Source: Octopus bimaculoides (taxonomy: Eukaryota). From it: 64,000 nt of DNA. The DNA lies in NCBI RefSeq assembly GCF_001194135.2, contig NC_068983.1, positions 151,337,125 to 151,401,124 of the forward strand, given 5' to 3'. This document shows, one piece after another, positions 61,492-64,000 of the stretch (position 1 is its first letter; every line of letters begins with the position of its first letter). The position numbers were made by a program, and so were the translations under genes. The notes under the pieces were generated by a model, which saw nothing but the letters and a program-made list of their open reading frames with translations, was not told the DNA's origin and ran no database searches.

Positions 61492-63429
61492 GGGGTGTTA
61501 TATATCTACTGAATATGTGTTTGTGTATGTGTGTATGTGTGTGTATTCTGATATGTGTATATTAGTTTCTATCACNNNNNNNNNNNNNNNNNNNNNNNNN
61601 NNNNNNNNNNNNNNNNNNNNNNNNNNNNNNNNNNNNNNNNNNNNNNNNNNNNNNNNNNNNNNNNNNNNNNNNNNNNNNNNNNNNNNNNNNNNNNNNNNNN
61701 NNNNNNNNNNNNNNNNNNNNNNNNNNNNNNNNNNNNNNNNNNNNNNNNNNNNNNNNNNNNNNNNNNNNNNNNNNNNNNNNNNNNNNNNNNNNNNNNNNNN
61801 NNNNNNNNNNNNNNNNNNNNNNNNNNNNNNNNNNNNNNNNNNNNNNNNNNNNNNNNNNNNNNNNNNNNNNNNNNNNNNNNNNNNNNNNNNNNNNNNNNNN
61901 NNNNNNNNNNNNNNNNNNNNNNNNNNNNNNNNNNNNNNNNNNNNNNNNNNNNNNNNNNNNNNNNNNNNNNNNNNNNNNNNNNNNNNNNNNNNNNNNNNNN
62001 NNNNNNNNNNNNNNNNNNNNNNNNNNNNNNNNNNNNNNNNNNNNNNNNNNNNNNNNNNNNNNNNNNNNNNNNNNNNNNNNNNNNNNNNNNNNNNNNNNNN
62101 NNNNNNNNNNNNNNNNNNNNNNNNNNNNNNNNNNNNNNNNNNNNNNNNNNNNNNNNNNNNNNNNNNNNNNNNNNNNNNNNNNNNNNNNNNNNNNNNNNNN
62201 NNNNNNNNNNNNNNNNNNNNNNNNNNNNNNNNNNNNNNNNNNNNNNNNNNNNNNNNNNNNNNNNNNNNNNNNNNNNNNNNNNNNNNNNNNNNNNNNNNNN
62301 NNNNNNNNNNNNNNNNNNNNNNNNNNNNNNNNNNNNNNNNNNNNNNNNNNNNNNNNNNNNNNNNNNNNNNNNNNNNNNNNNNNNNNNNNNNNNNNNNNNN
62401 NNNNNNNNNNNNNNNNNNNNNNNNNNNNNNNNNNNNNNNNNNNNNNNNNNNNNNNNNNNNNNNNNNNNNNNNNNNNNNNNNNNNNNNNNNNNNNCCTGTG
62501 TGGCTAATAAAAGAAATGTATCTATCTATCTATCTATCTATTGAAATACAAAATATTTCAATTTTTAAAAAAATTTCCTAATAATATTTAATTATAGAAA
62601 TACAATAAGATATTTTTTTAATATTGAGTGATTGGTTATGGAGGTCCAGTAGAACGAAATAAGACTCAGAGGGATCAACAGGGGAAAAAATAGTTGAGTT
62701 CAAATCCTGCCGTGGATGGACTGCACTGAAACCTCATACGAGATTCTTTTTATACTCATAGTTAACCCTGGATGGTATTACAGCAATCCACGGTATTCAA
62801 CCTGCTGATAGCAGACGCTACCTGGTGATAATAAGAGTAAATATAAAAGAGCAGAATAACTACTGTCTCGGGTTAAGTGTGGTGGAAGACAATAGGTGAC
62901 CCAGTACTAACTAATCAAACACAGGGTGGCCGAGGTCACTTGAATGGGGCGAAGAGGAAGAAGATGTGGTGATGGCGTTAGATGTATTGGTGATATTGGT
63001 GGAGTTTGTGAGATAATGTTGGGGTGTTAGTGGTGGAGGTATGTGACAGCGGCGGTGGCGGGATGCGATGGTGATGGTGATAGTGGTTAAAGCTTGTGGT
63101 GTTAACGATGGTGGAGAGGGCGATAATTTTGTGATGTTGGAGGAGGCAGTGGTATTAGAAGTGGTAGAGGTAGTCTAAGGAGTAGTGGGGTGTACAGATG
63201 AGCTATGGTGAGGAGAAAGAAAGAGAGAAGCGGGTGCAGGATTTGTAGCAATCTCAGTTAGCCTTTTACCCCATACGATCTACCCGGTTTAAAAGCTATA
63301 ATCTGGCAAACAGACTGTGACCCGACTGACGTCTTGTATGTACCTCTCGCACTCAACAATACTATCATCTTACCTCTTCAGCTTCCCCCTCCTTTCTCTT
63401 CTCCTCTTTCACCCCTATTTATCATCGTC

Positions 63430-63690
63430 TTCCGTCTCTCTCTCTCTCTTTCTCTCGACTCCCTTCACTCTGCTTTTTGTTAATCTGTTTATATCTTTCT
63501 CTCTCTTCCTCCAGCCCTCTCTCTCCCCCTCGCTCCCTCCTCTCTCTCCCCCTCTCCTCCTCCTCTCTCCCTCCTCCTCTCTCTCTCCCTCCTCCTCTCT
63601 CTCTCCCTCCTCCTCTCTCTCTCCCTCCTCTCTCTCTCTCCTCCCCCTCTCCCCTCTCGCCCTTTCTCTCTCTCCTCCTCCTCTCTTTCA
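63430..63690. repeat. Polypyrimidine tract with an 18-bp CTCCTCCTCTCTCTCTCC minisatellite
   Basis: Directly visible. Confidence 0.85.
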
Positions 63691-63934
63691 TTCATATAAT
63701 GCACGGATTCTTACATTCATTTAAATACACGTGCAAGCAGAAAGGTGAAGAAAAGAGACACGGAAGAAAAAAAGAAACGATAAAACCGCAGAAAATCTTA
63801 ATCTTCTACAGAACTTTCTCACTCTTTTATATTTCCTATCCTGTTCCAGCATGACCACAGACAACAACCTGGAACAAATAGAAGAATATATAGACGCACA
63901 ATTACATGTTTAATTGTATGCATATACCCATACA

Positions 63935-64000
63935 TAGGTGCAGGTGTTGTTGTGTGGTAAGAAGTTTGCTTCCTGACAACATGGTTCCGGGTTCAGTTCC
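63935..64000 (+). mobile_element. SINE family A head, truncated by the window end
   Basis: GGTGCAGGTGTTGTTGTGTGGTAAGAAGTTTGCTTCC..ACATGGTTCCGGGTTCAGTTCC. Confidence 0.8.

Overview
AT-rich, microsatellite-saturated eukaryotic draft sequence with about 27 N-gaps (roughly 10.5 kb, mostly flanked by microsatellites). The SINE and microsatellite landscape looks like an octopod cephalopod genome (inference from pattern recognition, not a database match). I cannot support any host protein-coding gene, true tRNA/rRNA or CRISPR array. Nearly all ORF-track entries are translations of simple repeats or N runs. What is supportable is a transposon graveyard: four SINE/SINE-like families (called A, B, C, D here); three decayed fragments of restriction-like-endonuclease (R2/R4-group) LINEs, one embedded in (TAA)n arrays; a CR1/L2-type LINE 3' end; a Helitron helicase C-terminus with its 3' hairpin; a hAT-type MITE with a perfect 8-bp TSD; and a Tc2/pogo-like MITE. 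The most notable find is a minus-strand 38-nt segment (46358-46395) that fits the minimal type I hammerhead ribozyme topology of Penelope-like elements but has a non-canonical core (CUGUUGA). Also notable are repeated SINE insertion into one site, a stack of six co-oriented SINEs, and domain/tail shuffling among the SINE families. TSD, TIR and hairpin coordinates were counted by hand; the ends of decayed elements are approximate.
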